From a virus, in IMG/VR virus record IMGVR_UViG_3300045988_092324, positions 1-34,786 of that record: 34,786 nucleotides of DNA; one strand, given 5' to 3'. Below are positions 23,578-34,244 of the stretch, piece by piece (the first letter of the stretch is position 1; each line of letters starts with the position of its first letter). The notes under the pieces are model-generated. The model had not been told where the DNA came from. It saw nothing but the letters and a program-made list of their open reading frames with translations, and searched no databases. A program made the translations under genes and the position numbers.

Positions 23578-24050
23578 TGGCCGCGCCGCGAAGGGTCGGC
23601 AAGGAGAAGTGGAGCGCCAAGAACGACACGTGGACTGACCGAAACGGCGTCGTCACGGAGGGCATGGGCGAGAAGGGCTTTACCAGGGGCACCGCCAAGG
23701 GCCTGCTCGCCTCCGACATCTCCGGCCTCGTCGAGATACGGCAGGACAACCGCGAGGCCATCGCCGACGCCATCGACCGGGCGCTCGTCGCCGCGCTGGA
23801 GGAGGTCGGCCTCGCCGCGGAGGGCTACGCCAAGCGCGCCTGCCCGGTCGACACGGGCCGCCTCCGCAACTCAATCACCCACATCCTCGACGAGGGCACC
23901 CGCCACGTCATCATCGGCACGAACGTCGAGTACGCGCCCTACGTCGAGCTGGGGACGAGGCACCAGAGGCCGCAGCCGTTCCTAAAGCCGGCCGCCAACG
24001 ACCACTACTCCACGTACAAGGGAATCTTCCTCAAGCACCTCCGCGGCTAG
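23577..24050 (+). CDS. HK97 gp10-like head-tail/tail-completion protein
   Basis: AKRACPVDTGRLRNSITHIL...IIGTNVEYAPYVELGTRHQRPQPFLKPA motif. Confidence 0.85.
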   Translation: MAAPRRVGKEKWSAKNDTWTDRNGVVTEGMGEKGFTRGTAKGLLASDISGLVEIRQDNREAIADAIDRALVAALEEVGLAAEGYAKRACPVDTGRLRNSITHILDEGTRHVIIGTNVEYAPYVELGTRHQRPQPFLKPAANDHYSTYKGIFLKHLRG

Positions 24051-24157
24051 GGCCGCGTTACGCGCCACGGACGATGTCGCCGCGGCGACGGACTGCCGCA
24101 CGGGGAGGCCGCGACGAAAAGCCGGCGCCCCGGTCCATCCGAGGAAAAGGAGACAGC

Positions 24158-24718
24158 GTGGCACTGACGCGGAAGATGCTCAAGGCAATGGGCATCGAGG
24201 ACGAGAAGATCGAGCAGATCATCGAGGAGCACGTCGAGAGCGTCGACGGCCTGAAGGCCGAGCGCGACCGCTACAAGGCGGGCGCCGACGAGGCAGAGGG
24301 CCTGCGAAGGCAGCTCGAGGAGGCCAAGAAGGCCGGCGAGGGCGCCGGCGAGTACGAGGAGAAGTACAAGGCCAAGTGCAAGGAGCTCGACGACTTCAAG
24401 GCGAAGGTCGACGGCGAGGCGGCGGAGCGCGAGAAGCGCGGCCTGTACCGCGAGCTGCTGGCCGGCGCGGGCGTCGACCCCAAGCGCATCGACACCGTGC
24501 TCAAGGTCTCCGACCTGTCGGGCGTGACCGTCAAGGACGGCGCCATCGAGGGCGCCGACGAGCTGACCGAGTCCATCAAGTCCGACTGGGCCGACTTCAT
24601 CGCGGTCAAGACCACGCAGGGCGCGACCGTGCCCAACCCGCCCAAGAGCACCGGCGGCGCCGCAGCGCCCAAGAACCTGCGCGAGGCGCTCCACCAACGC
24701 TACGAGAACAAGGAGTAA
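24158..24718 (+). CDS. Capsid scaffolding protein
   Basis: GTG start with RBS aaaagga; coiled-coil acidic protein directly upstream of capsid gene. Confidence 0.82.
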   Translation: MALTRKMLKAMGIEDEKIEQIIEEHVESVDGLKAERDRYKAGADEAEGLRRQLEEAKKAGEGAGEYEEKYKAKCKELDDFKAKVDGEAAEREKRGLYRELLAGAGVDPKRIDTVLKVSDLSGVTVKDGAIEGADELTESIKSDWADFIAVKTTQGATVPNPPKSTGGAAAPKNLREALHQRYENKE

Positions 24719-24721
24719 CAC

Positions 24722-25717
24722 ATGCCCATCACACTCGAAGAGGCAAAGGTCGGCATGTCCGACCGCGTCGACCAGTCCGTGGTCGACACCTTCCAGCGCT
24801 CGTCCCTCCTGCTGGACAAGCTGACGTTCGACAACGCCATCTCGCCCGGCACCGGCGGCTCCACGCTGGCCTACGGCTACACGCAGCTCAAGACCCCGGC
24901 GACCGCCGGCGTCCGCGCCATCAACGTCGAGTACACGGCGAACGAGGCCAAGCGCGAGAAGAAGACCACCAACGCCGTCATCATGGGCGGTGCCTTCCAG
25001 GTCGACCGCGTCCTGCAGAACACCTCCGGCGCCGTGGACGAGCTGGCCTTCCAGCTGGAGCAGAAGATCAAGGCCGTGGCCAACGAGTTCCACTACCTCG
25101 TCATCAACGGCAAGGCGGCCGGCACCGCCGGCGCCGGCAAGCCCGACGGCACGTTCGACGGCCTCGCCAAGCTGCTCTCCGGCACGTCCAACGAAATCGC
25201 CTCCGCCGTCGACGTGTCCACCGCCGACCTCATGACCAAGAACGCCCAGGCGTTCCTCGACGAGGTCGACTACCTGCTCTCGCAGGTCGACGGCCCGAAC
25301 ATGCTGATGATGAACGGCAAGATGCTGACGAAGTTCCGCGGCATCGCCCGACGCGCCGGCTACTACGAGCGCACCAAGGACGACGCCGGCCGATACATCG
25401 AGACCTACAACGGCGTGCCCATCGTCGACCTCGGCAAGTACTACAACGGCACCACCGCCGTCGACGCCGTCGCCGACACCGCCGCCACGGCAGCCGCGCT
25501 CGGCAAGTCCGACATCTATGCCGTATCCCTCGGCCTCGACGGCTTCCACGGCATCTCGCCGACCGGCACCGGCGTGGTCCAGTCCTACATGCCCGACATG
25601 GCGCAGCCCGGCGCCGTCAAGACCGGCGAGGTCGAGCTCGTGGCCGGCGTGGCCCTCAAGAACACGCTCAAGGCCGGCGTCCTCAAGGGCATCGGCACCG
25701 CCCCGAAGCTGGGCTAA
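24722..25717 (+). CDS. Major capsid protein
   Basis: 331 aa; TLEEAKVGMSDRVDQSVVDTFQRSSLLLDKLTFDNAIS...VDQ/GPNMLMMNGKMLTKFRGIARRAGYYE...; position after scaffold. Confidence 0.85.
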   Translation: MPITLEEAKVGMSDRVDQSVVDTFQRSSLLLDKLTFDNAISPGTGGSTLAYGYTQLKTPATAGVRAINVEYTANEAKREKKTTNAVIMGGAFQVDRVLQNTSGAVDELAFQLEQKIKAVANEFHYLVINGKAAGTAGAGKPDGTFDGLAKLLSGTSNEIASAVDVSTADLMTKNAQAFLDEVDYLLSQVDGPNMLMMNGKMLTKFRGIARRAGYYERTKDDAGRYIETYNGVPIVDLGKYYNGTTAVDAVADTAATAAALGKSDIYAVSLGLDGFHGISPTGTGVVQSYMPDMAQPGAVKTGEVELVAGVALKNTLKAGVLKGIGTAPKLG

Positions 25718-25720
25718 GCC

Positions 25721-26140
25721 ATGCTCGAGGAGCTGCTGCGCGCCCTGCGCAACTGGTTCGTCCGCGACAAGGCCACCGGCCGAATTCGTGTCGAGGGCGG
25801 GGCGCTGGTCCCGCCCGAGGGCCTCGCGCTGGCGGACGGCCAGTACATCCGCGTGACCGGCTCCGTGTTCAACGACGGCCTGCACCGCTGGCCCTGCACG
25901 GGCATGACCGACGAGGAGTTCGTCGGCACCGTGTGGGCGCTCGCGGTGCCGAAGGCCGTCCTCGACCTCGCGGACGAGATCGACGCGTGGCGCAAGGAGC
26001 ACGCCGGGGAGCTGGACGGCCCGTACCAGTCCGAGAGCTTCGGCGGATACAGCTACACCCGCGTGATGGGCGCCGACGGCCGACCGCTGACGTGGCGCGA
26101 CCAGTTCAAGGCGCGCATGGACCCCTGGAGGAAGCTGTGA
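25721..26140 (+). CDS. Head-tail connector-like protein
   Basis: GTVWALAVPKAVLDLADEIDAWRKEHAGELDGPYQSESFGGYSYTR; positional. Confidence 0.68.
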   Translation: MLEELLRALRNWFVRDKATGRIRVEGGALVPPEGLALADGQYIRVTGSVFNDGLHRWPCTGMTDEEFVGTVWALAVPKAVLDLADEIDAWRKEHAGELDGPYQSESFGGYSYTRVMGADGRPLTWRDQFKARMDPWRKL

Positions 26141-26490
26141 GCCGCCTGTACGAGCGCATGCGCGTGCCGTGCGTGCGCATGGTCCGCAGGAGCGTGCCGG
26201 ACGGCGAGGGCGGCTGGACGGAGACGTGGGCCACGGGCCGCAGCTTCGCCGCGACCATCGTCCGCGACACGTCGGCCGAGGCCCGAATCGCCGAGGCGGC
26301 GGGCGTCGCCAACTCCTACACGGTGACGTGCAGCGAGGAACTGTCCCACGGCGACGTGTTCAGGCGCGTCTCCGACGGGCAGGTGTTCCGCGTCACGTCC
26401 GACGCCGACGACGGACGTCCGCCAGCGTGCGCGACGTTCTCGTTCACCCAGTGCACGGCCGAGGAATGGAGGCTGCCGGATGCCGACTAG
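26137..26490 (+). CDS. Head closure/minor capsid-like protein
   Basis: GTG start overlapping previous stop; VSRLYERMRVPCVRMVRRSVPDGEGGWTETW...; positional. Confidence 0.65.
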   Translation: MSRLYERMRVPCVRMVRRSVPDGEGGWTETWATGRSFAATIVRDTSAEARIAEAAGVANSYTVTCSEELSHGDVFRRVSDGQVFRVTSDADDGRPPACATFSFTQCTAEEWRLPDAD

Positions 26491-26851
26491 GACCGCGGCG
26501 CTCGCCGCATGGCTCGGGGGCTTCGGCATGCCCGCCTATTCCGCGCAGGCCGTTCCCGATGACGCCGAGCTGCCGTACCTCACGTTCACGCCGGTCTCCG
26601 GCGCCTGGGGCGACGGCGAGCAGGGCGTCACCGTGGAGACATGGCGCCGCACCGAGTCCGAGGCCGAGGCCAACGCCGACGCCGAGGCCGTCGGGCGCGC
26701 GCTGGGGCTCGGCGGCGTGATGCTGCCCTGCGACGGCGGCGGCCTGTGGGTCAGGCGCGGCTCGCCGTTCTGGCAGGCCGCCGACTCGGGCGAGCCGGGC
26801 GTCAAGCGCCGCTACGTAAACCTCTCAATCGAGAACATCACGACCTTTTAG
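26480..26851 (+). CDS. Tail terminator/completion-like protein
   Basis: LAAWLGGFGMPAYSAQAVPDDAELPYLTFTPVSGAWGDGEQGVTVETW; positional before the tail tube. Confidence 0.68.
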   Translation: MPTRTAALAAWLGGFGMPAYSAQAVPDDAELPYLTFTPVSGAWGDGEQGVTVETWRRTESEAEANADAEAVGRALGLGGVMLPCDGGGLWVRRGSPFWQAADSGEPGVKRRYVNLSIENITTF

Positions 26852-26859
26852 GGGGTCCC

Positions 26860-27462
26860 ATGAAATACACCCAGATCCCGCAGGACACGTTCAACAACAT
26901 CCAGCTGAACGCCGGCGTCCTGCTCAAGGCGTTCACCCCGGACACCGGCACGCTCAAGGCGACCGACATCCTCGGCGCGACGTCCGGCGGCGTCAACTTC
27001 ACCGCCACGCCGAGCTTCATCGACTACGGCGAGGACATCGACAACTGTCCGAAGAACATGAAGGAGCTCAAGCAGCTCGACGGCTGGGAGGCCAAGATGT
27101 CCGGCACGTTCGTGACCGTGACCGCCGAGCTCGCCACCAAGCTCACGGGCGCCGCCGACACCGCCGCCGAGAAGGTGACCCCGCGCAACGACCTCAAGTC
27201 CGCCGACTTCGCCGACCTGTGGTGGGTGGGCGACTACAGCGCCGTCAACGAGGACGGCACCAAGGGCGCGAGCGCCGGCTTCTGCGCCATCCGCCTGCTC
27301 AACTCCCTGAGCACCGGCGGCTTCCAGATCCAGTCCGGCGACAAGGCCAAGGCGCAGTTTGAATTCGAGTTCACCGGGCACTACTCGATGGAGCACCCCG
27401 AGACGGTGCCGTTCGAGATCTACGTCAAGGCCGGTACCGACGGCACGGGGGTGGCAGCCTGA
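26860..27462 (+). CDS. Major tail (tube) protein
   Basis: MKYTQIPQDTFNNIQLNAGVLLKAFTPDTG...FEFTGHYSMEHPETVPFEIYVKAG. Confidence 0.8.
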   Translation: MKYTQIPQDTFNNIQLNAGVLLKAFTPDTGTLKATDILGATSGGVNFTATPSFIDYGEDIDNCPKNMKELKQLDGWEAKMSGTFVTVTAELATKLTGAADTAAEKVTPRNDLKSADFADLWWVGDYSAVNEDGTKGASAGFCAIRLLNSLSTGGFQIQSGDKAKAQFEFEFTGHYSMEHPETVPFEIYVKAGTDGTGVAA

Positions 27463-27860
27463 TGCGAATCGACGAGTTCACGGCGGACGAGTTCCTGACC
27501 TCGGCGCAGCTGCTCGCCGAGGTGGCCGAGGAGGCCATGGGCGGCAAGCTCGGCGAGGAGCTCAAGCGCTCCTACATGTCCTACCGCGCCGCGGCCAAAG
27601 CCGCCAAGGCCGAGGGCGGCGAAGAGGACGAGGTCAAGGCCAAGGTCGAGGTCCAGGCCGTCGATATGTTGGGCGGCCTGCTGCCCGTCCTGCTGCGCGA
27701 GGGCGGCGAGCTGTCGCTCAAGCTCCTCGCCGCGCTGGACGGCCAGACCCTCGACGAGTACAAGGCCTGCTTCACCATGGCCAAGTACGCCGCCGACATC
27801 AAGGCCGCGGTCGACAGCATCGACACCGTCAAGGAGATCGCCGCGCCTTTTTTCGGCTAG
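27462..27860 (+). CDS. Tail assembly chaperone (zero-frame product)
   Basis: Between the tail tube and tape measure genes; ends GCG CCT TTT TTC GGC TAG. Confidence 0.82.
   Translation: MRIDEFTADEFLTSAQLLAEVAEEAMGGKLGEELKRSYMSYRAAAKAAKAEGGEEDEVKAKVEVQAVDMLGGLLPVLLREGGELSLKLLAALDGQTLDEYKACFTMAKYAADIKAAVDSIDTVKEIAAPFFG
27848..27854 (+). promoter_or_regulatory. -1 programmed ribosomal frameshift slippery heptamer T TTT TTC
   Basis: Zero-frame codons CCT TTT TTC GGC TAG; the -1 frame continues to 28144. Confidence 0.8.
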
Positions 27861-28144
27861 CCGCCGACGACCCGGAGCTGCTCTGGCTCTACCTGGGCGA
27901 GTACACCGGACCACGGCGTGCTCGCCCTTTTGCTAGGTACCTGTCCGCGCGGCAGCGCAGGGAGGCCGAGGAGGACGCGTACAGGGTGTACCTGACGGAG
28001 TCCATCCGCCTCGCCGTGCAGTCGCGCTACATCGCCAAGCCCTACCTGGAGCTCGTGCGGGGCGCGGCAGAGCCGGCAGACACCCGGAGCGGCGACGAGA
28101 TCGCGGCGGACGTAATCGGCAAGTTGGGATTGGAGGTGCTGTAG
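27854..28144 (+). CDS. Frameshift extension of tail assembly chaperone
   Basis: -1 frame reads RLAADDPELLWLYLGEYTGPRRARPFARYLSARQRREAEEDAYRVYLTESIRL...EVL*. Confidence 0.78.
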   Translation, partial: RLAADDPELLWLYLGEYTGPRRARPFARYLSARQRREAEEDAYRVYLTESIRLAVQSRYIAKPYLELVRGAAEPADTRSGDEIAADVIGKLGLEVL

Positions 28145-30376
28145 ATGGACCTTCTCGACCTCTTGGTCAAGATCGGCGTCGACGACCAGGCATCCGGCAA
28201 GGTCGACGGCATCGCCGGCGGCATCGGCAGCAAGCTCGGGGCGGCCGCCGGCAAGGCCGCGTCGCTGGTCGCGGCCGGAGTAACGGCAGTGGCTGCCGGC
28301 GTCGCGGCGGTGACCGGCATGAGCATGAGCGCCTACGCCGCCTACGAGCAGAACGTCGGCGGCATACAGAAGATTTTCGGCAACATGGGCAAGTCCCTCG
28401 AGGACTACGCCGCCATGACCGGCCAGACCGTCGAGCAGTGCTCCGGTAAGTGGGAGCAGCTCGAGCAGGCCCAGACGACGGTGCTGGCCAACGCCGACGC
28501 AGCCTACAAGACGGCCGGCATGAGCGCCAACCGGTACATGGAGCAGGTGACCGGCTTCTCGGCCGCGCTCGTCTCCTCGCTCGGCGGCGACACGGTCAAG
28601 GCCGCCGAGTACGCCGACACGGCCATGGTCGACATGGGCGACAACGCGAACACCTTCGGCACGGCGATGGAGGACCTCCAGAACGCGTACCAGGGCTTCG
28701 CGAAACAGAACTACACCATGCTCGACAACTTGAAGCTGGGATACGGCGGCACCAGGGAGGAGATGCAGCGCCTCGTCAAGGACGCGCACGCCGTCAACTC
28801 CGCCGTGGACGAGTCGAGCCTCTCATTCGACAACATCGTGCTCGCCATCCACACGATGCAGGAGCAGATGCAGATCGCCGGCACGACCTCGCGCGAGGCC
28901 GCGACGACCATCGAGGGCTCCTGCAACATGGCCAAGGCCGCGTGGGAGAACTGGGTGACGGAGCTCGGCAAGGACGACGCCGACATGGGCAAGCTCACGA
29001 CAGAGCTGGTCGAGTCGGTCGAGACGGCGGCCTCCAACATCGTGCCGCGCGTGGCGACCATCGTGTCCACGGCCGTCGAGCAGCTCCCCGGGGTCATAGC
29101 GACGCTGGCGCCGGTCGCCGGCGAGGCCTTCATGTCCATCGCCGACAGCGCCATGTCGGCGCTCTCGGGCGCCTTCGGCGGGTTGGACGAGATAGGCGCG
29201 CAGGTCGGACCGGTGCTCTACGACGGAATCGTGAACGGCCTGTCGTTCCTCTCCGGCGCGGCGGCCGACATCATGACCCGGCTGGGCGGCTACCTGGCCG
29301 AGAACCTGCCGTCCATCATGGAGAGCGGCCTGCAGATTCTCACCGGCCTCTCAGAGTCCATAGCCGAGAACGCGGGCGTTCTTGCCGAGGGCGCGGCGAA
29401 CCTCATAGTCGGCCTGGCGCAGGGTATCGCCGACAGCCTGCCGACCATCATCGAGCAGGCGCCGGTTATCGTGCAGAACCTCGCCGGTGCGATCAACGAC
29501 AACGCGCCGACGCTGCTCGGTGCCGGCATCCAGGCAATCGTGACGCTGGCGCTCGGCATCGTGCAGGCGATACCGACGCTCATCGCCAACATCCCGGCCA
29601 TCTTCTCGGCCTTCGTCTCGGCTTGGTCGGCGCTCGACTGGCTGAGCCTAGGCAGGAACGCCATCACGTTCCTGGGCAACGGCATCGCCGGCATGGCCGG
29701 TTTCGTCAGCACGTGCGGCACCAACATCGTGTCCGCCATCCGCGGGGCCATCGCCAACCTGCCGGCGACGCTGGCGAACCTCGGCAAGGTTGCCATGTAC
29801 AACCTGCAGGGCGCCATCTCGGGCGCAGTCGGTGCAGTGAAGGGCGCGGCGCTACGCATCGCGTCGAACATCGAGTCCTCCTTCCTTGGCTTGCCGGCCC
29901 GCGTGGCCTCCATCGGCCGCAACATCGTTCAGGGCATCGCCAACGGAATCAGCGGTGCGGCCGGCGTGGTCGTCAACAAGATAACCGGCGTGGTCGGCGG
30001 CGCCATCGAGGCGGCCAAGAACCTGCTCGGCATCCACTCGCCCTCGCGCGTGTTCCGCAAGATATTCGGCTACGTGATGCAGGGCGCGGCCCTCGGCATC
30101 GACGACACGGCGGACGAGCCCGTGAAGTCAATGGAGTCCGCCGTCGGGAGGGTCGAGCGCGCCGCGGCGTTCGATGCGACGGTCAGGGCCGACGGCCCGC
30201 GTTACGGCGACCGGACCATTTCCGGCACCGGGGAGGGCGTTGTCGCGGACGGCGGCGCATCGGCCGTCATCGGCTGGCTGGCCGAGAACCTGCCCTCCAT
30301 CATCGCGGAGTTCACGCCCGTCATGGGCGAGTCGGAGTTCGGGCGCAGGGCGAGGAAGGCGGTCGCGTATGCCTGA
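28145..30376 (+). CDS. Tape measure protein
   Basis: 743 aa; VGGIQKIFGNMGK...KTAGMSANRYMEQVTGFSAALVSSLGGD..., hydrophobic repeats, LLGIHSPSRVFRKIFGYVMQGAALGIDD. Confidence 0.93.
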   Translation: MDLLDLLVKIGVDDQASGKVDGIAGGIGSKLGAAAGKAASLVAAGVTAVAAGVAAVTGMSMSAYAAYEQNVGGIQKIFGNMGKSLEDYAAMTGQTVEQCSGKWEQLEQAQTTVLANADAAYKTAGMSANRYMEQVTGFSAALVSSLGGDTVKAAEYADTAMVDMGDNANTFGTAMEDLQNAYQGFAKQNYTMLDNLKLGYGGTREEMQRLVKDAHAVNSAVDESSLSFDNIVLAIHTMQEQMQIAGTTSREAATTIEGSCNMAKAAWENWVTELGKDDADMGKLTTELVESVETAASNIVPRVATIVSTAVEQLPGVIATLAPVAGEAFMSIADSAMSALSGAFGGLDEIGAQVGPVLYDGIVNGLSFLSGAAADIMTRLGGYLAENLPSIMESGLQILTGLSESIAENAGVLAEGAANLIVGLAQGIADSLPTIIEQAPVIVQNLAGAINDNAPTLLGAGIQAIVTLALGIVQAIPTLIANIPAIFSAFVSAWSALDWLSLGRNAITFLGNGIAGMAGFVSTCGTNIVSAIRGAIANLPATLANLGKVAMYNLQGAISGAVGAVKGAALRIASNIESSFLGLPARVASIGRNIVQGIANGISGAAGVVVNKITGVVGGAIEAAKNLLGIHSPSRVFRKIFGYVMQGAALGIDDTADEPVKSMESAVGRVERAAAFDATVRADGPRYGDRTISGTGEGVVADGGASAVIGWLAENLPSIIAEFTPVMGESEFGRRARKAVAYA

Positions 30377-31184
30377 TATCGAATATGAATCGGGCATGGG
30401 GGCGGTCATCCCGCTCAATTCCGGCATCTACGTCGGCAGGCCGAACGACCTCTTCAGCCGCGAATGGGACTACAAGATCGGGTACCGCGCGCTGTCGACC
30501 GCATCGCGCGGCGCCCGCAAGGCCTCGTTCAGGGCGGTCTTCGCCGACATGGGGCTGGCCGACGAGTTCCGCCGCTGCGCGGACCTCGACGTCTCGGGCA
30601 ACACGCCCGGGACGCTGAGGGTCGGGGACTGGTTCCAGCGCTGCCTCGTCCTCGCGTCGAAGGTCGACGGGGTGCGGGACGGGCTCTTCACCGCGAAGAT
30701 CACCGTCGTGCTGCTCGACGGCCTGTGGCGCAGGGGCGTCACGACGGAGTTCGCGCCCGTCAACGGCTCGTCCGGGTACGAGTTCCTCGACCTGCCGCAT
30801 GATTTGCCGTACGACCTAGGCGTGACCCCACCGCTGCAATACGCCATCAACCCAGGCTACTCCGGCAGCCCCGCGAAGTTTGTCGTGTACGGGCCCGCGG
30901 TCAACCCTTCTGTGCGCCTGGCTGGCAATCTGTACCAGGTGGACGTGACCGTTCCCGAGGGCGGTTACATGGATATCGACCCATTGCGGCGCACCGTCAC
31001 CGTTGTCGCCGCAGACGGCACCACGATGGACGCCTTCGGCAAGGCGCACCGAGGCAGCGGGGCAGGCTCGGGAGAGTACATCTTCGAGCGCGTGCCGGCC
31101 GGCACCTGCGAGGTCTCGTGGGACAACAGCTTCGGCTTCGACCTGACGCTCTACGAGGAGGAGGGGGAGCCGGCATGGTCCTAG
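30369..31184 (+). CDS. Distal tail protein
   Basis: Position after tape measure; [55 protein letters not shown] typical of Dit-like C-terminal domain. Confidence 0.78.
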   Translation: MPDIEYESGMGAVIPLNSGIYVGRPNDLFSREWDYKIGYRALSTASRGARKASFRAVFADMGLADEFRRCADLDVSGNTPGTLRVGDWFQRCLVLASKVDGVRDGLFTAKITVVLLDGLWRRGVTTEFAPVNGSSGYEFLDLPHDLPYDLGVTPPLQYAINPGYSGSPAKFVVYGPAVNPSVRLAGNLYQVDVTVPEGGYMDIDPLRRTVTVVAADGTTMDAFGKAHRGSGAGSGEYIFERVPAGTCEVSWDNSFGFDLTLYEEEGEPAWS

Positions 31185-33310
31185 TGGTGAGCGACCCGGC
31201 GGCCGGGGACGTCCGCGAGATCGAGGACTTCGAGCTCGACCTCGCGTTCGGCAGCGACGAGAACGCCCTGAAGCTCGAGGCGCGCGCCGGCGAGGCCCCC
31301 GCCGAGGGGCATCTCGTGTTCATCGACGGGACCGAGTACGGCGGCGTCGTCGACGAGGTCGCCTACGAGGCGGGCAGGGAGGCCTCCGGCACCGTCCTGT
31401 GCAAGGGCCGCACGTGGCACGGCATCCTGGCGGGCAAGCGCCTGCTCCCCGACTCGGGCAGCGGGTACCTCGCGGTGAGCGGCAAGGCGGGCGAGGTGCT
31501 CGCGTCCCTCATATCCCGCATGGGGCTGTCCGGGCTGTTCTCGGCAGCCGTGGACGATACGGCGGTCAGCTATACCTTCGACCGCTTCGCGGACGGGTAC
31601 GGCGGCCTGAAGGCCCTGGCGGAGGCGAACGGGCGCAAGGTCTCGATGCGCCGCCTAGGCGGCAAGGTCGAGCTATCGCTGCCCCCGGTCGTCGACTACG
31701 CGGACAAGGTCGACTCGGACCTGCTCGACTTCACGCTGACGAGCGTCCACCGCTGCGTCAACCATCTGGTGTGCGCCGGCACGGGCGAGCTCGAGAACCG
31801 CGCCGTGGTCCATTTCTACGCCGACGCGGCGGGCAACGTCAGCCACACCCAGAGCCTCTTCGGCGTCGACGAGATATGCGCGCTCTACGACTACAGCAAC
31901 GCCGACGAGGCGAAGCTCGAGGAGGAGGGCGGCAAGAAGCTCAGGGAGTACCAGACCCGGGGCAGCGTCGAGGTCGACGCGCACGAGGATATCGACGTCG
32001 ACGTCGGCGACATCATCTCGGCGCGCGACAACGCGCACGGCAGGACCGTCAGCGCGACCGTGGTGAAGAAGATCGTGCAGGTCTCGCGCGGCGTGGCAAC
32101 GTATAGGTATGAGGTCGGCAGCGAGACCACGACGAAGAACTCGTCCAGCGCGATCGCCGACGGAGGTGGCGGGCACGCTTACCTGGCGGGAAAGGGCCTG
32201 AAGCTCGAGAACTACACGTTTAGTGCGGAGGTCGACGCGGAATCGCTCAAGGCCGTTGAGGCCAAGGCCGACAAGGCCGTAACAGACGCCTCAAGCTCGC
32301 TCCAGACGTGGGCGCAGGCGGATATCGCCATGGGAGAAGTGTCAACGCTCACGGAAGGCTCTAAGGCCACCGCTTCGCTCTCAGGCGAAGGGCTGGTCAA
32401 GACACTCTCGCTCGGAATTCCACGCGGCGCGACCGGCATCCAGGGTCCGAGGGGCGAACGCGGGGCCACTGGTCCCCAAGGCCCGCAGGGAATCAAGGGT
32501 GACACCGGCGCGACAGGCTCGCAGGGACCTACGGGACCACAAGGCCCCAAGGGAGCCACTGGTCCGCAGGGTCCCAAGGGAGACACGGGCGAGCAGGGAC
32601 CGCAGGGCGTTCAGGGAAAGCAGGGGCCGCAGGGCATACAGGGCGAGACGGGGCCGCGCGGTCCGCAGGGATTGCAGGGCATCCAAGGTCCCAAGGGAGA
32701 CACGGGCGAGGGCTTCTCCATCTCGAAGGTATACGCGAGCTACGACGCGATGCGGGCGGGGTGGAAGACGGACGGCGTGAAGGTCGGCGGGTTCGCGGTC
32801 ATCGGCTCGAATGTCGAGGACCCGCACAACGCCGAGCTGTACGTGAAGTCGGCAGACGGCTACTCGCTGATCGCCGACATGAGCGGCGCGACCGGCGTCA
32901 AGGGCGAGCAGGGCCCCACGGGCCCGCAGGGCCCGGTCGGCGCGACCGGAGCGGCGGGGGCAACTGGGCCGCAAGGCCCGAAGGGAGCCACCGGCGCAAC
33001 CGGTCCGCAGGGCCCCAAGGGCGAGACGGGGGCAACCGGCGCGACCGGCGCGAAGGGCGCGACCGGCCCCACGGGGCCGCAGGGCGTGAAGGGCGAGCAG
33101 GGCGAACGCGGCCCGCAGGGTATACAGGGCCCGAAGGGCGAGAAGGGCGAGCGCGGCGACTCGGGCGTCACCGTACCGCTGTCGGGGTTCTTCTCGCTGA
33201 CGGTGGACGCCGACGGCAACCTCTGGTCGCACGTGGCGGACGGGGCGGCAGCCCCGCCGCTCTCATACGACTCGTCCACTGGCGAGCTTTACTATGAGAT
33301 AGGTGAATAA
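31175..33310 (+). CDS. Tail/baseplate protein (ReqiPepy6 gp37-like N-terminus) with two collagen-like Gly-X-Y blocks
   Basis: ATG 31175; [42 protein letters not shown]...; collagen-like GXY blocks at 32426-32710 and 32885-33163. Confidence 0.82.
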   Translation: MVLVVSDPAAGDVREIEDFELDLAFGSDENALKLEARAGEAPAEGHLVFIDGTEYGGVVDEVAYEAGREASGTVLCKGRTWHGILAGKRLLPDSGSGYLAVSGKAGEVLASLISRMGLSGLFSAAVDDTAVSYTFDRFADGYGGLKALAEANGRKVSMRRLGGKVELSLPPVVDYADKVDSDLLDFTLTSVHRCVNHLVCAGTGELENRAVVHFYADAAGNVSHTQSLFGVDEICALYDYSNADEAKLEEEGGKKLREYQTRGSVEVDAHEDIDVDVGDIISARDNAHGRTVSATVVKKIVQVSRGVATYRYEVGSETTTKNSSSAIADGGGGHAYLAGKGLKLENYTFSAEVDAESLKAVEAKADKAVTDASSSLQTWAQADIAMGEVSTLTEGSKATASLSGEGLVKTLSLGIPRGATGIQGPRGERGATGPQGPQGIKGDTGATGSQGPTGPQGPKGATGPQGPKGDTGEQGPQGVQGKQGPQGIQGETGPRGPQGLQGIQGPKGDTGEGFSISKVYASYDAMRAGWKTDGVKVGGFAVIGSNVEDPHNAELYVKSADGYSLIADMSGATGVKGEQGPTGPQGPVGATGAAGATGPQGPKGATGATGPQGPKGETGATGATGAKGATGPTGPQGVKGEQGERGPQGIQGPKGEKGERGDSGVTVPLSGFFSLTVDADGNLWSHVADGAAAPPLSYDSSTGELYYEIGE

Positions 33311-33312
33311 TC

Positions 33313-33999
33313 ATGGCGAGATATTTAGTGGGCAACATCAAGGGCCCCAAGGGTGACACCGGCGCGACAGGACCACAAGGGCCCGCCGGCGCGCGAGGGG
33401 CCACGGGAGCCACGGGCCCGCAGGGTCCGAAAGGCGACGCGGGCGCGACAGGACCGCAAGGGCCAACCGGCAAGCAGGGGCCGACAGGCCCCACTGGCCC
33501 CGCGGGCTCGCAAGGACCGCAGGGCATCCAGGGGCCTAAAGGTCCGACAGGCCCGCAGGGGCCGCGAGGCCCGCAGGGGCCGTCTGGCGGCGAAATCAAG
33601 GACACGCGCAACGACAACCAGCCGCCGAGCTGGTACATGAAGAACCACGCGAATGAGACTGTAGTCGAGTTCAAGAATGCCAAGGTCATCGGGCTTTCGA
33701 GCAGCGAGACCTATGCGACCCTCGTCACCTTCGTGCAATGGGGCGAAAGTTCCGGCGGGTACCCGAAGCAGGTCGCTATGAGCGGCGAAGACATATGGTG
33801 GCGGCGCGGCGGGTCGGACTCTTCGTGGACGGCGTGGCAGCACATCCTCGATATCCTCGACCCGAACACGATGTGGATCATAGCCCATCGTGTCGGCGAG
33901 TACTTGGAGACGGACGGCTCGTTTGACCCGAACAACATCGGCGGTACATGGGTGCGGGCACCGAGTATCGGGCCGCACACGTGGCTGAGAACTAGTTAA
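33313..33999 (+). CDS. Collagen-like tail fibre protein with pyocin-knob-like and GGTW fibre motifs
   Basis: 27 GXY triplets from 33343; [19 protein letters not shown]...[46 protein letters not shown]; [12 protein letters not shown]. Confidence 0.8.
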   Translation: MARYLVGNIKGPKGDTGATGPQGPAGARGATGATGPQGPKGDAGATGPQGPTGKQGPTGPTGPAGSQGPQGIQGPKGPTGPQGPRGPQGPSGGEIKDTRNDNQPPSWYMKNHANETVVEFKNAKVIGLSSSETYATLVTFVQWGESSGGYPKQVAMSGEDIWWRRGGSDSSWTAWQHILDILDPNTMWIIAHRVGEYLETDGSFDPNNIGGTWVRAPSIGPHTWLRTS

Positions 34000-34009
34000 A
34001 GGAGAGAAC

Positions 34010-34240
34010 ATGGCAAAGACAGAGAATTTCACCCACTACACCTGCGACCGATGCGGCGCTGACGCGTACCTCCAGCAAGGTGCTGCGGCGACTGGTGACT
34101 GGCGCGAGGTCGAGCGCTTCGACCAGTACGGCAGCAGGGCCACGCGCCTGCTGTGCAAGGGGTGCACGGACGCGTACAAGAAGCTCGCCGCCAAGCACGA
34201 CGGCGAGTTCCAGCAGTTCATGAGCAACGCGAAGGAGTAG
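34010..34240 (+). CDS. Small zinc-finger-like protein in the tail-fibre cluster
   Basis: YTCDRCGADAY...LLCKGCTDAYKKLAAKHDGEFQQFM; RBS aaggagag. Confidence 0.7.
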   Translation: MAKTENFTHYTCDRCGADAYLQQGAAATGDWREVERFDQYGSRATRLLCKGCTDAYKKLAAKHDGEFQQFMSNAKE

Positions 34241-34244
34241 TAAC

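Noticed and set aside
24047-26002. 651-aa minus-strand ORF
   Set aside because: Antisense to well-supported scaffold and capsid genes; a shadow ORF typical of high-GC DNA with low-complexity translation.
32426-33585. Repetitive GXY DNA considered as CRISPR or satellite array
   Set aside because: In-frame imperfect 9-nt collagen-coding triplets with no spacers; explained by collagen-like proteins.
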